From Aplysia californica (lineage: Eukaryota), in contig NW_004798227.1 of the NCBI RefSeq assembly GCF_000002075.1, positions 39,173-103,172 of the forward strand: 64,000 bases of DNA, written 5' to 3'. The notes beneath the pieces are model-generated. The model searched no databases, was not told where the DNA came from, and saw only the letters and a list, made by a program, of their open reading frames with translations. The stretch's first letter is position 1. The number at the start of each line of letters is the position of its first letter. Made by a program: the position numbers and the translations under genes. Shown here piece after piece: positions 1-14,157 of this stretch.

Positions 1-44
<44 letters not shown>

Positions 45-60
45 AGAGAGAGAGAGAGAG
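1..60. repeat. (AG)n microsatellite
   Basis: Direct reading. Others: (AG)n 3341-3408, 5208-5252, 63948-64000; (GAT)n 14107-14157; (TAA)n 26769-26797; (TA)n 29591-29628; (AGAT)n 34238-34290; (TG)n 39382-39447; (CA)n 60364-60445; (TTG/CTG)n 63184-63290. Confidence 0.95.
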
Positions 61-121
61 AAAAGAGAGAAAGAGGGAGGGTGTGTTATGTATTATCAAA
101 TCTACCATTCACCTATCTCAG

Positions 122-3100
122 GACCCCCCACCCAGTGGTCAACCCGTACATTCAGCCACAGTCCAGAGTGTGTCCACACGAGCGATACACCCTCTACAGT
201 TTCTTCTACGCCAACAAAGACTGTTATGTCATTTATCCGGATGTCCAGAAAGTGACCTATGTGCAGTGCAGGTGAGTAGAGCTGGTTCTTTTCGTAGTAC
301 ACCCTTATTCGTCCCTCTGTCTCCCTCAGCCTCTGTACGCCTTTCTGTTCCTGTCTGTCTCCCGATCTCCCTTTCTCACCTGCTATCCAGATTACATTTC
401 CTTTCTAATAATAATCTCGATACCTTTTTTGGTATAAGACCATGTTAGATCCAGCGAGAACTTGCTCTAAGAGTCACGTATAAATCTAAGATAATCACCT
501 ACACAAACGACTACTTCCCACTCCCCTTTTGGGTTTTTTGTAGTGTAATGTCACTGCCCTAGAAGTCCACCTGTCTAAGACAACCACTCTCCTCCTCGAC
601 AAGAGGTGGCCGCCTTGGACAATTTCGACACCAGGTCCATCGTGTATTCTCCTAAAACTACCCAAATTCCACGTTGTTATTAATACCCCTGCCAGGCTCG
701 AGAATTGAGTTATGGAGCAGGTCTGAGTGAAAGTGCATTCCTGCATTTCATAATAATTACGATCAGTATATTAGACACCCCCCAAAAAAATCATTGAAGG
801 CTACTTTTAAAAAATTAGAATGAGAGATTGGGTCACGTCGTTGTCCACTCTCATCAATAAACATTGTCGACCCCACAATGTAAGCGACAGTCAGCTGATC
901 TTGCAAAACACTGCACTTCCCTTCACACTCTCAAAATCTTTTATATATTTCTCTTTGCCACTCGAACTTGGTGGATGAGATGAGGAAAATCTAATTACCT
1001 ACCTTTAGAGATTAGAAAAAAAAAGACCCTTTTAAATCTGCAGAAATGATCAATTATATTTAAGGGTATAGGGAGGTCGAGGGAAGAGAAGGGAATGGGG
1101 GAGGGGAGGGAATCAAGAGGAAATTGGGAGGAAGAGGAGGAAAGGGGGATGGAAGGGGGAGGTCGGGGTGGGGGTTTGAGTTGAAGGGTTGGATTTGGTA
1201 GGGGTTGGGTATGGGGGAGGGATGGAGGGTAGGGTAGGGTAGGATATGGGAGGGGGCGGGGAGAGAGATGGGTGTTGGAGCAGGATATGAAGGGTTCCCC
1301 CTACAAAAAAGGACATCAAGCCACATAGACTGTAATTAAAAAAAAAAAAAGAAAGATCTGCAACACAAGAATTCGCTTCTAGTCCAACCAGAGACTGAGA
1401 GAGCCTGAGATAGTGTCGGGCCAGGCAGTGAAGGGGTTTCAATCCGTTTACCTTTTTCCCCCCCTCCAGCGCCTCCCAGAACCGCGACTGCCAGGAGTGT
1501 AGCTACCACGGCGGGGTGAGCAAGTGCGAGGAGGACTACGAGTACCGCGACGTGTGGGCCTACTGCACGTACAAGCCAACGCTCACACCGGTGGTCAAGC
1601 CACAGCCCGTCTACCCAGTACCAGTCCGGCCAGTGGTTGACCCTAAACCACCTGTGTACCCTCTCCGACCTACTGTGGTAAACCCCAGGCCTCCAACCTA
1701 CCCTGTCTACAACCCACCGGTCAAGGTAAGTACACCTACCACAGTTGTTGATGAATGGTTATTGGAGGGCGCCNNNNNNNNNNNNNNNNNNNNNNNNNNN
1801 NNNNNNNNNNNNNNNNNNNNNNNNNNNNNNNNNNNNNNNNNNNNNNNNNNNNNNNNNNNNNNNNNNNNNNNNNNNNNNNNNNNNNNNNNNNNNNNNNNNN
1901 NNNNNNNNNNNNNNNNNNNNNNNNNNNNNNNNNNNNNNNNNNNNNNNNNNNNNNNNNNNNNNNNNNNNNNNNNNNTGTCTGTCAACACTATTTGAGGGCT
2001 GTTGTGCCAATGTGCTTGTCTTATTTCAGCTCCACTTTACTCTTCTTTTTGTTCAGTTTTATTTCAGCTTCTCTTTATTCAACTTTTAATCCAGCAGTAT
2101 TTTAGGTTCCCCGCTTGGGGAGGTCTTTTTAAAGTTCAAAGTGGGCCAAATTTTTCTCTGCCAGAATTGGTGTCATCGGTCACAGAAGAAGCTGCAAGTC
2201 ATCTTAATTTTTCTAATTTTTCTATTGCGCTGGAGAATTAATATTCTCTTCTGCGGATATATTGCTCATCGTCATACATTGACGGACGAACAGTTATTAT
2301 TTCAGCTTCACTTTACTCATTAAACCAAAGATCTCTCAAATTACTGTCAATGAATTTTCGAATTTTAGCTGGATATTTTTCTCGAGTTTATATTGTTTTC
2401 GTTAATTCATAAAAGGTACCTTTCACATGCCATAATAATATTAATGCACATAAGTCTGCACCATTTTTTAAAATCAGAGTAACGTCCTAATTGTTATTAA
2501 CGGTATAGAGCCTTGGTATAAGAGCAAAGTATAATATATCAGTTCAATACTTTCCATCGGTTTGCTTCAATGTTCTCTCATGTATTATGCCACTTCGTAA
2601 TAAGGGCGCTGTTTGTTGTAGCCTACAAAATGAACTAAATATGCCAACTTCGAAAACATATAAATTAAAAGATGGTGTACTACGAGTATACGTAGATGAC
2701 ACCAAAGGCGTGTCTTACAATATATTTATTAAGTTGGGAAAAAATAAACTTCTTTGATCGCAAGAAGTCATATCACGACACAATACTGCAGCCCACGACC
2801 AATTAATTCAGCTTCTTTCATCTAGCTGCACATGTAGCAAAAGCACAACAAGATGTAACAGTAACACCAAGTCTCGCACTCTGCCCTACCATCTCGTCCC
2901 AACCCCTTTCTCTGCCCCTTCTTCACCGCGCCTCTTTCCACGCCTGTCCCCTCCCCCCACCACCTTCCCTATCTTGCCCTTTTCCCCACCCAACCTCCTT
3001 TTCCCGCCTGTTCCCCACCCCACTCCTTTCTCCACCCCTTCCCTTTCTCCGCCCATCCCCGCCCCTCTCCTTTCTCCACCCGCCCCGCCCCGCCCCCACC

Positions 3101-3339
3101 AGGCTGTGTACCCACCACAGGGAAGGATCACCTACCCGTATCCAGCCACCTACAAGGACCCCTGGAACAAGGTTTACAAGCCATACGTTTTGCAGCAAAA
3201 GCGCAGGTAACGAACTGCTGTTTTGTATTGGCTGGTTTGTTTTGTTTGTTTTTGTAATCTTTTTAAATGTGGACCTATTTACGCCCCCCACACCCCAAAC
3301 GACATAACTTGGACCATTCAGGAGGCGGGCTTTTGCCCG

Positions 3340-3414
<75 letters not shown>

Positions 3415-4513
3415 CATCCCTGCAGAAAGACCGAGATACATTTTGTATTTGATAATTATTCTCCCCACTCGGGAGTCGAACTCGGGTCTCCTGAGTGTGT
3501 AAGACGAGGAAGCGCCTTAGCGCTAAACAAAATACGCCTTTGCTGGTTGTTTTTGCGGGACGGGTAGTCGGAAGGTGTCACTGGCAGGTCTTGCTTCTTT
3601 TCTTTCCCTCTGTTATTTCTGTCTATATATCTGCCAATATTTTCCCCGTACCAAATAACCGCCAACACTGTGTTGAAGTACCCCTCTTTACCGAAAACTC
3701 GTTGTTGGATTTTGTTTAAAAGGGATCGGTAGTGGGGCAAAAGATTTAAGCCGGAAAGGGGGGGGGCTGTCTTGGNNNNNNNNNNNNNNNNNNNNNNNNN
3801 NNNNNNNNNNNNNNNNNNNNNNNNNNNNNNNNNNNNNNNNNNNNNNNNNNNNNNNNNNNNNNNNNNNNNNNNNNNNNNNNNNNNNNNNNNNNNNNNNNNN
3901 NNNNNNNNNNNNNNNNNNNNNNNNNNNNNNNNNNNNNNNNNNNNNNNNNNNNNNNNNNNNNNNNNNNNNNNNNNNNNNNNNNNGATTTTGATAGATTTGT
4001 GAACAAACAAGCAGAGTAAGCCCATTCAGCTATCGAGACATATCATGATAGCGGGAACGGTCAAAGCCTGCCTCTTAATTATGATTTAAAGTATTGTGTG
4101 GGATGGGGGAGCAAAAACACCATTTTTCCTATCGTAATGACATATGGAGGGTTATTTTAGGTCAACCCCTGAGTCAAAGACGACACCTTCATGCATTATT
4201 TGCAGTATTCAGCTGGCCAAAGTTATCTCCTCTGAAAAGAGTTCACTGAGAAGCTTTGTGCTGAGAAGCCACCACAGAATTCTACACTTAGTATAGAATT
4301 TTGTGGAAGCCACTTGACAGCTCTTCCTTCATCCAAGAGTACATTCGCATTTTCTATTATAATGCTGCAAAGTCACCCAGTTCTTGATTATGACACATGG
4401 CGTACTTTATTTTCAGATGGAAGAGAAGCTACCACGAGGAGCCCCAGGGGAAAATCGAACGCATGCCTCTGTACCTGCCCTACCATTGTGGCTGCAAGAG
4501 ATACCACTGCTGA
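122..4513 (+). CDS. Partial (5' end outside window) Spaetzle/neurotrophin-like cystine-knot protein with a long Pro/Val/Tyr-rich insertion
   Basis: AG/GT-bounded, phase-consistent exons 122-271, 1470-1725, 3103-3206, 4417-4513(TGA). They give TPHPVVNPYIQPQSRVCPHERYTLYSFFYANKDCYVIYPDVQKVTYVQCSASQNRDCQECSYHGGVSKCEEDYEYRDVWAYC-[PVY-rich]-QQKRRWKRSYHEEPQGKIERMPLYLPYHCGCKRYHC*. The Cys spacing and the QxVxxxxC, CxxxY and LPxxCxC motifs match the Spaetzle knot. AATAAA at 4932 and 5153. Gaps at 1774-1975 and 3776-3983 could hide extra exons. Confidence 0.8.
3408..3525 (-). repeat. tRNA-derived SINE-like fragment
   Basis: B-box-like GAGTTCGACTCCC on the minus strand; body shared with ~47900-48030 and ~23083-23130. 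Confidence 0.5.
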
Positions 4514-5207
4514 ACCAGTCTCCAAGATATCCTGATCTCCATGACAAAAGGCACACTATTGTACCTGCTCACATAATATAGCATCGAATCACGGGTGATA
4601 TGTTGAGAAGCACGTGCCTGACCAATTCTCTGTTGCTCATTCTTTGAAAAAGTATTCGTTCTCAACGCGTTTCAATTTCTCCCCTGAGCTGTATATCAGT
4701 TGCGAATGTTTATTATCAATGAGACAATTATATTCACCTTCATCCTCATAATGAATAATTTTCATCAAGTCAGTTGAAAAGTTGAATAACAAAAGGTACA
4801 TAATATGGTACAATTCCACACCAATTCGTTTTGTTAACTGCAGGATAACTTTCCGTTAACATGTGGAACACCCTTCATTTCCAAATGAATAGTTGTACAT
4901 CAAAAGGTAGTCTACAGGTACTTTTGCGCAAAATAAAATTTCCGTTTGTAATCTGCAGAATTATTATTTCTCTGCTTACACCCCGATCCGACTTTGGATG
5001 CCTTTCTGCTGAGCAGCAAATCTAGACATATCATGTTGTTTGTTATGTCCCACACAGTCTCTTCGTCTCACAATCTTTTATAACTGCTCTTGTAAACCTT
5101 TTCTTAACAAAGAGTGACAAGCAATCGCTTTGCCAATACTCACTGTTGAAACAATAAAGTCTGTGCAAGCAAACTTATGAGTCCTCCCTGTGTGTGTATG
5201 TGTGAAT

Positions 5208-5258
<51 letters not shown>

Positions 5259-8200
5259 TGGGTGTAGGAGTGGGACTGAGAGAGGGAGAGAGGGGTTGAG
5301 AGAGACTCAGAGGGATAAAGCTGTTGAGGCAAGTCGAACTGTCGATGTTATCTGCACCTTTGAGTGCACCCCACCACTGAGCTCGGGTACAGGCCAAGAG
5401 AGCTTTATTAACAAATTGCATCACTTGCACACATAGGTTTTCCTAGTTACATATCGCCCGCGTCAGATTTTAATTGTGTATCCACCAAATTAGCTCAAAC
5501 ACTTTTAAAAAGTGTTAGTTCAGTAAGAGCTTTACGGTGCTTGAAACTACATAAGTAAAAAAAAATGTAACTTATCTTTTTAATTTTATCTTCCAGAATA
5601 GCTAAACATTTTGTGTAGAGTATTCATTTACTTATTAAAACACGTGGATCACTAACTGAAATTATAGGGTTGTGAATAACATAATATCACACAAAAGGAG
5701 TGTTCGACTTATTTAGGTGGATGTACAACTAACAGTCAGACACTGACAATATAGATATAATGTCACAAAGTGTATTATTGTTGCTTCCATGGGAAACATT
5801 AGCAACTGTTTGCCCCTACTACAGTGAGGAAAAGAAGGACAGGAAGACAGATAATTTTCTTGATAGGGCTAAAGATAAAACAAACAAACCTCAAAATCAT
5901 CACTCAAGGTGGTAATTTTTAAACCAGCATTTATTTACACAACCGTCCAAAGACTGCTTATAACTTATGTAAAGCATACAAGGTAGTACATTCCTTATAA
6001 CGGTAGAAAGTGATGCAAAAAACATTTGAGTAAAGTGAAGAGTGAAAAGCCCAAAGAACTCATCTTTGTAGTAGTGGTCCTCACACCCGTCTTTGCTGCC
6101 AAGAAAACTGACTAGCACAATCATAGTTGACCAATGACAAGCATCTTTGTGGTTTCTCTTTTCACACTCATAGCAGCCTTAAACAAAGTATACACCACAA
6201 AACAAATGCAAAAGGAGACAGGTATGTAAAGGCTCAAAATTATGGACAAACCCCACTTGCAAAAAACACCCCTTATATTTAATCTGACGGTCATTGCGAA
6301 GACATTTCAGTGCTAATTAATAAGTCACAAATAGCAATCTTTTTATTTATTATCTGTAGCTTCTGGTGCACCAGAAGCACTTCTGAAACGCCTACACCAA
6401 CTACTTTGCACAATCTAAATCTATGATACATGGACACATGAACGAGAACATAGAGCGCACTACACTTTAGTGAAAAAGAAAATCTCACTCAATTGGGCTG
6501 ATGAGGAATAAACAGCGCTTATAAACCAGCACACTTCTTCAACAAATTTTTAAAAAAGAAAAAAAAGACAAAGGTCTGAAATGCAAAATGACAAAAAAAC
6601 AGCATCAATTTTCTTAAAAAGATGAAAAAAAATTCTCCACTTTGGTATGGTGTATGGTCAAAACAGCTTTCAATACATTCAAACTTATTCAAAAGGTTTG
6701 GATGCAAACACTGGGGTCCTGGTATATATGTGAAATGTCAAGTCTGGAAATCAATGGTACATCAAGTTTATGCATAGTGAGAGGAACAGGATAATAAAAG
6801 TAAACAAACTAATAACAAAGCATGCACTGGTATCAGCTGGAATTTTGTCATTCATAAAAAAAAAAATCACATACAGGTCTCCTCCTGTCAAGACCCTCAG
6901 TTGCTGTCACAGTCATAACACAATTGTATAACTCTCCAAGTGTAACTAACTTAATTACCTGTGGTGTTCGGGGAAATTAAATGATTCCAACATATTATGT
7001 TGGAAAACGCTTGAGAACAAGCACACCAAGGCCAGAAAGCTATACATTTTTTTTTCAGAAAGTAGACTGTAAATAGGAAGTAGAGCTCATTAACTGAGGA
7101 GTTGAAATGTTTGGCAATACAAAAAATGGGATACATGAACTGAGATAACAACCAAGTTATGGAACACCACAGAAGAAAAACTTACGCCCACTTTAATCAG
7201 CATTTGATATTAGGAAGGTTAAATCATTTTATGTTGTTTCGAGAAACGTAAAAATAGAAACTATGCATACTGAAGTCACTCTCATGGCATAAACACAGGT
7301 GAGAAAGTCTCAACAGTTGGATTTTTAGTTCATGAAACAAAACTCTACTATACTGAGGTTATGAAACAAATAACAGAGGCATTTTTGCCATACCGATAAC
7401 TTGAAACCTGAAAAAATGACTTGGGGGAATAGTGTTACGACTGTGACATTTGGCAAAATCTCAAATGCAAAAAGCACATTTCATAAAATGTCAAAGTGGA
7501 AAGAGAATAGCATTTTACACATGGTCTACAGAGAATGAGAGACAAGCAGTGTAGAATACGATGAGACTTTTTTCCCTGATATAGAACACACCAATCGAAG
7601 ACTAGAAATCAACCATCAAACGTGGAGTGAGGAAGGAAGCGCGATTGTTACTGATTGCAAACTGTTTTAAGTGCCCATTAACGTAAATTCTATCACTAAA
7701 CAAGCAGGCTGCTATGACCTTGCCCATCAGTGCCAACCTTGGCTGACAGGGATACATTAATATCTCAGCAGGCAGATGGAGATACTCCATAAAATCACTT
7801 CCCCACACTAGCAACCAACTCATGTCTTTTTATGTGCGACAGCAAAGGGCCTAATCATTATTACTCGATGCTCATATAGGAAGAAAGACAATGACAGAGA
7901 AAATTAAAGACAACTCCCAACAATACAGTAAGAAAGACCTGAAACTTCTGGCTGAACTACTGAACAGCTTCGGGTATAATCTCTTCTTACAAAAAATACC
8001 GTCGGCAAGCTGTTCAGATGTGCTTAGCCCAAACTGTTGAATTTTCTATTTTAAAGCACTTTCTTTAAGCAGTGTATCAGTTGAATGTGCTGGAGATATA
8101 TTTTGTTGAAATTTGAATGTTAAATGCTGAAAAGCACAGGGAAAGATACAAAATGTAGGTATAATTTCTAAAAGAAAGAAACAGTTTTTTTTCTCTCCTT

Positions 8201-8673
8201 AAAAATATTTTTTTCTGGGCTTCGAACAGCCGAACAGTTTGCCAATTAAATGACATCTACAGCCTTGGCACAAACACAAATGACACGCAACGTGCACAGT
8301 ATGCGTGTTTACTATGTCTACAAACTATACAACAGTTACAAAAACTGACTTGTTCAAGACATGGCGGATATGAGATTTCCTCATCCTCAACATTAATGAA
8401 TGCAACAACATAACGTTGTCTTACAAATCTCATGTTTTATCAACAACGGCGCGACACTCTTGCCACGTCATAACCTCTCTCATTCAACTGGCAGATTATG
8501 GCAAAAAACAACAAAGAACAGTCATCATAGTACAGGATGGTTCCCCTCTCAAATTATCATCTTCAATACAAAAACAAATGAGGGATGAGAGAACAAAAAG
8601 ATTTCAACAGTTTCGCTCCAAGTGCTTTGTTAAGTTATCTCTAGAAATATATCGACTGTTCAGTGTAAAACTC

Positions 8674-8939
8674 CATCCGTCATGGTGCTGAACAAATGGC
8701 CTAAGTCCAAGTTAGGCCATTTCTGAATTGATACAGAATTGAATTCAGTAATGACCCCTGCATGTTTCTATGTAAATTTTTTGAAAAAGTGCTAATACAT
8801 TTTTTTTTAAAAGTTAAGATATGGCAAAATCGCTTAAGTCATAATCATTGAAGAAATGTGAATGGTTTTAAGAAGTTTTCTTAGAAGGGATAAAAAAAAA
8901 AGAAGACTTTCACCATTTGTTCAGAACCGTGACGATATG
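8674..8939. mobile_element. Unclassified MITE
   Basis: Imperfect ~26-bp TIR: CATCCGTCATGGTGCTGAACAAATGG / CCATTTGTTCAGAACCGTGACGATATG. Confidence 0.65.
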
Positions 8940-10239
8940 TCACTTTTCAAAATAGATTACGGCGGAGTCTTGCACTAAGCTGTCGATATTAGTACATACT
9001 GGTAAACAAGTTATATAGGAGATAACAGTAAATTAAAAAGCGATTTCAACAAGAACAAAAAAAGAATGGTCACATGCATGATGGACTGTTCATTACGGTG
9101 AATAACCATTCATCCCCCAACCCAATTACACCCAAGCTTAATTAAGTTTTTATGCTCTCAAAACAGTCTTATAAAAAACATAATATATGGTCTCAGAATC
9201 ATGCTATGAAACTGGGGACATCAGAAGAACAGATGCCCACAACCGACACTCATGACAAAACTTCCATTTTTCAGAACTCTCATGATGAAACTCTAATAAC
9301 ACAAAGTCAAGCCAAATTCGGTTGTAAGTTAAAAGGGAACACATTTTATGACATTTCATGTACAATACTCACAGTTTTAAAGACAAAAAAGAAAACCTAT
9401 TCACATTTCATAACAATTGTTATAAACAGAGTCACAAAAAAACTATCATACCATACTGCATATATGTCTTCTAAACAACCTAATATTACTTCTTCTCAAA
9501 AGCAACCACTTTTTAGCAAATCATCCATTTAATGTTGCAGAAAAACAGAAACATTCAAATTGAGGCATTACACTCGCTCAAATCATTGGAAACAGAACAC
9601 AACTTATGGGATAAATAAACAGAGATCAACGGATGTGCACAGGGCACTTGGCATTTACATACACAGTGAAAATACATAGACCATGTGGCACTTTCCTATT
9701 TCCTCAATCATATTACATGGGAGAGTTAACTATGGTCCCTCACACTGTTCACATGTCCTTTTTCAAAATACACAATATTGTTCTACTTATCATGATGTGA
9801 GGAGAAAATAGACAACACTTACACAAGTTTCTAAAGTGAAACCGCAAGGGACAGGGTTGAGGTCAAACTACCATGAATTATGAATTCCTAGTCCCCCGAT
9901 TTCTGTTACTGAGCTCGCTATTAGTACAATAGAGGCTAGACCATCAATTTGCTAACAAAAAGGAGAACTCTGGCATACTGTATGTCATAATGCCAAGTAA
10001 AACCTTAAATCATAACAAAAAAATAAACGTGCAATTACGTTTGCGAGAAACCATCACTGCTGTGTTCATGTAAGAACAGATAATCTAAGATGACAATGCA
10101 AACAAGTTTCAATATAGACAGCCAACTCTTATAAAGCTCCTCAGCAATGTTTTTGAAGAACAAAATTTCCACTCTCCACATTTCCTCACGAACCATCACC
10201 ACCACCCATTCTCAGTCAGTGCTCAACCAAAAAGAGCTC

Positions 10240-10460
10240 GCCATGTACTTCTGTCCTAGGCTATAGTCCCCACCTCTGAAAAAGCTGTATCCCATCTCCT
10301 TTAGGTCTGATAAGTCTCTCCTCTCCTCCTAGTACTTTCAGGCTTTCCTTTCTTTCTTTTCTTGTGAATTCAATAGTAAGGCTTGGTGGGTAAGGTTTAT
10401 TAATAATCTTCTCAAGGTGTATCCAATCTACTTCCATTTTCTCTTCCCGCGTTCTATATA
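10240..10460 (-). mobile_element. Decayed RTE-like LINE 3' fragment
   Basis: RKWK*IGYTLRR..LTHQAL..NSQ resembles the RTE ORF2 C-terminus WKWIGHTLRK..TRQAL.WNPQG. Another RTE-like bit ([15 protein letters not shown]) is at ~48764-48860 (-). Confidence 0.6.
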
Positions 10461-11758
10461 TATTTTCTGTTGGTTTCGCAGACTATACTAACAAGTAAAA
10501 CTTTAAAGTTCCTTTGATATTAAAAATGGATAGATTTTAACGGGGATGTCGCTGGGATTTTTTTAAATAACAGAAAATTTATGATGCTGCATTTGCACCT
10601 AAGAAGACTATAGACACAACTAATACGGGGTTAAATGGAAAACAAAAGCATGTTTCAATAAAGGAAGTGCCAGATTAAGGATTGCAAAAAAATGGATTTG
10701 AAACCCGGTTTCAATAAAATCAACTGAAACAATGGGAAATAAAAATGGAATAATGGTATGCCTGTTTTAAGGACAACAATACTTGCAGTCAATCTAAATC
10801 AACAATAAGAGGTTTACATTAGATTTTTTGTCTAAAAGAACCCATACCATGCATAACTATGAAACTTTTATTAACAAATAAGACAAAAATTCATTTTCTT
10901 GGCACAAACTGAACCGCTGTTACTTTTGTATAAACTCTGTCAATGATAAGTAATAATTACGATTTCTATTTGGGGCTCCGATTTAGCATTCTTAATCATT
11001 CAACTACTTTTATACCTTCATAGGGATTAAGTTTTACAAAATGTTTTCCTGAAAAATGTAAAAGAATACTGAGCTTCTCATTCATAATTCTGCACCTGAG
11101 CTGTGATCATGCGTGAATATTCAAAATCTTATGTCTCACTGCAAGCAAATTCTGTATAAAAATTGTGACAGTAAGTCCATACAAAAATGAAAAAAAAATA
11201 CCCATCAACTTTAAAAGACTGAAGAAAAACATAAGTATTCTGCTTTGTGTTGACAAACATAGATTCTTCACACTTCATTTCAGCTTAAATTTTAGCAAGA
11301 GTTTTACGGCAATTGCAACACAAATAGGTCATACCAGTCTAGAAGAATAGAGCTGTTACTACAGAGTAATATACAAAGAAAACAAGAAAAGATGAGGACG
11401 ATAGATGTTTGAAAGGAAAGAAAGAACAAATCACATCAAAGCACCCGCCACTCACTTCACACTTCTTCAAAATGCACATCACCAGTAGGATTGTATGCAT
11501 CACAAGCTTTGCACTACAACACCAAAATCCATTTTTTTAGTCAAAGTAAAATTTTTACAGCACTCGTAACACAAGTAGGTCATACAAGAGCCAAAGAATA
11601 GAGAAAGTACCAGAAAGGCAAACAAAGAAAAGATGGAGGAAAGATAAGGACAATACATGTATGATATGAAGGAAAAAAAGGAGCAAACTACACTAGAGCG
11701 CCTACCAACCACCCACTCTAACATCCTGCCGGTGACTCTAACATCCTGCCGGTGACTC

Positions 11759-14106
11759 TCACAAGGCTTCTAAGTCCACGTGCCTGATCTCTGGGTGCTT
11801 GGCCTGAAATACAAAAATAAGTACTTTTCTGTAGATGTCTTCATTTTGAAAACAAAACAAAACTGTTCGAGTAAAAACAAAACCATCGATAATGGTCACG
11901 CAAACATTCCCTCATATCGGACGACTGCAAAAATTTTCAAATGTGAGGCATCGTGGTGAAATAAGGTGCTTGTCAAAATAATTAAATCAAAGAAATCGGC
12001 ATTTTTCTAATTTTCATTTTTTTGGCTGAACACCTTATATGTCCATTTAAAAACATATTTTCGTCTGGAATTTAGTGAAAATCATTGATTAAAGGCACAA
12101 AAAATGTTAATTTTCAGTTACCAAGGACTCTCAGGCTATGGAAGTTACCAAACTTTGGTGGCCATTTTCTTGCTAATTTTACCTCTAAAGCCAGGCGACC
12201 CCAACCTCCTTCAACCGCAACTATTATGACTTCTATTCAACATAAATGGATATTTTCCCACCATCCCTTATGCCCAAAAATTGACGAGCGCCTGATTCCA
12301 CTACGTCGTGACACAAATTTTGATGTTCTCTTCTCGCGTAGTTTTCATCCACTGGCTTTCATATTTAGCACTTATGTAATGATGAAATATTTCAAGACAT
12401 TTTAATATTACATAAAAATAATTGTGAAGTATGAAAATATGTTCTATGGACAAATAGCACCAAAAAAAAAAACTTTTCAGGAAAACTGGTTGAAAACACT
12501 GATTAACATTTTTATCGTAAAAAAAGGCTATATTAGAGCAAATAGATGTACATTGTGAGAAAAAATGAAGCCATTTCAAGGTAAAATTAGGGAGGAGATC
12601 GAACTTAGATTTTTAAAAAATACCAATTCGAGAAAATAGAAGAAAAAAAAAAATTTGACCCATAACTGCACAATAGTTTTTCAAACCATTTTTAAACGAC
12701 TTCAAAACATTTTTGATCAAAATGGGTGCTTGGGTGTAGGTTTAACAAATGGAGAAAAAAGATTCGAATGGAAAACAAGGAAAATCACTTGTAGGCTCGG
12801 CTTTGCTGGTGGCGTTTAGTGTAGGCTCCACTGGTATAGCAAGAAAAGCAAGTAAATATGACAAAAGGGCTCATCTTACCTTCAGTGCTTTTTCTATCCT
12901 GTCAACTTCCTCCCCCAAGGCATCAATAATCTTCTCCCCATGGTTCATCATGAAGATCTCAAAATCCTCAACAGTCTTCAAACCTTGGGCTTCCTACAAT
13001 GTTAGATGATGGAATAAAAGAAGTAATGAAAGCATACTGCCATCACAAAAAGAAGAATGAATTAACATCATAAAAAAAAAATTCAGGCAGGATTTGTTAG
13101 TCAGGGTAAACAAAAGTTAAAATGGTCTGTCTATTGAAATCATGCGAAGGTTAAAGTGCATCGATCGCACTCGAATTCAAATATTTGTTTTAAGTAAAAA
13201 GAAGCACATCAACATACTAACAATCACTAAAAGTAAAAGTGGGGGAAGAATTTAGTTTTGTTTTAGTAGGAATATTACAGCACTTGCAACACAAAAAAAA
13301 AATCAAACATATGCTGAAAATTAGAGATGTTACTGGAGAGTAACATACAAAGAAAAGAAGGAGAGATAATGATGGCAGACGTTTGATAGGAAAGAAGGGG
13401 CAAACCACAGCACAGCAATCGCCTCCCCCCCCCCCTCCCCTCATGAAAGAGGGAGACAGACAGACAGAAACAATCAATGGATGGAACAATAAGTAAGTAG
13501 GATCTAACAGCGGCACCCTTCAACCACCCCCATTCACACATCTACAACAAAGATAAAAACTTAGTACTAGCTCTACATTCTCAAGACAAAAAAACCAACA
13601 ACCTCTGGAGAACATACAAGTGTGAACAAACATTCAACCCCTAACAGCAGATGCAAGTTCTCAATGCATAATAAAAAATAAACAAAACAAGCATTTTCAG
13701 TTAAATATCAACCCTTTCTGTTACTACAGTCACCTAAAACAGTACAAGAGCAAGAAGTAAGAAGACTAGCAAATGGTAAGTGGGTATTCCGATAAAGTCT
13801 GCGCCTTCTACTGCTTGTCAGTGTCACTCGAATCTGCTTTTGCGGAAACAAGACTGTTGATGAGCTCACTTCATAACAAGGACTATGCAAGTACTGTCGA
13901 AACTGTGGAAGACCAAGGCCACGTTGGACTCGGGCGGCAATAGACAGGTAATAAAATAAATATAGGAAAAATAAAGGGTGTCATGAAGCGGTAGCCATCA
14001 GTACACATGACGCTAAGGAGAAGTGACTGCTAAGGCACGTTTGACAGTACTAAACACTTTCTTAGACAAAATATCTAAGTCTTGACTTTAAACTGTTTTA
14101 TAACAG

Positions 14107-14157
<51 letters not shown>

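Noticed and set aside
1060-3468. Pro-rich, Gly-rich and (RE)n/(SL)n ORFs in the track
   Set aside because: Translations of intronic G/C-rich low-complexity tracts and microsatellites, apart from the true exons listed.
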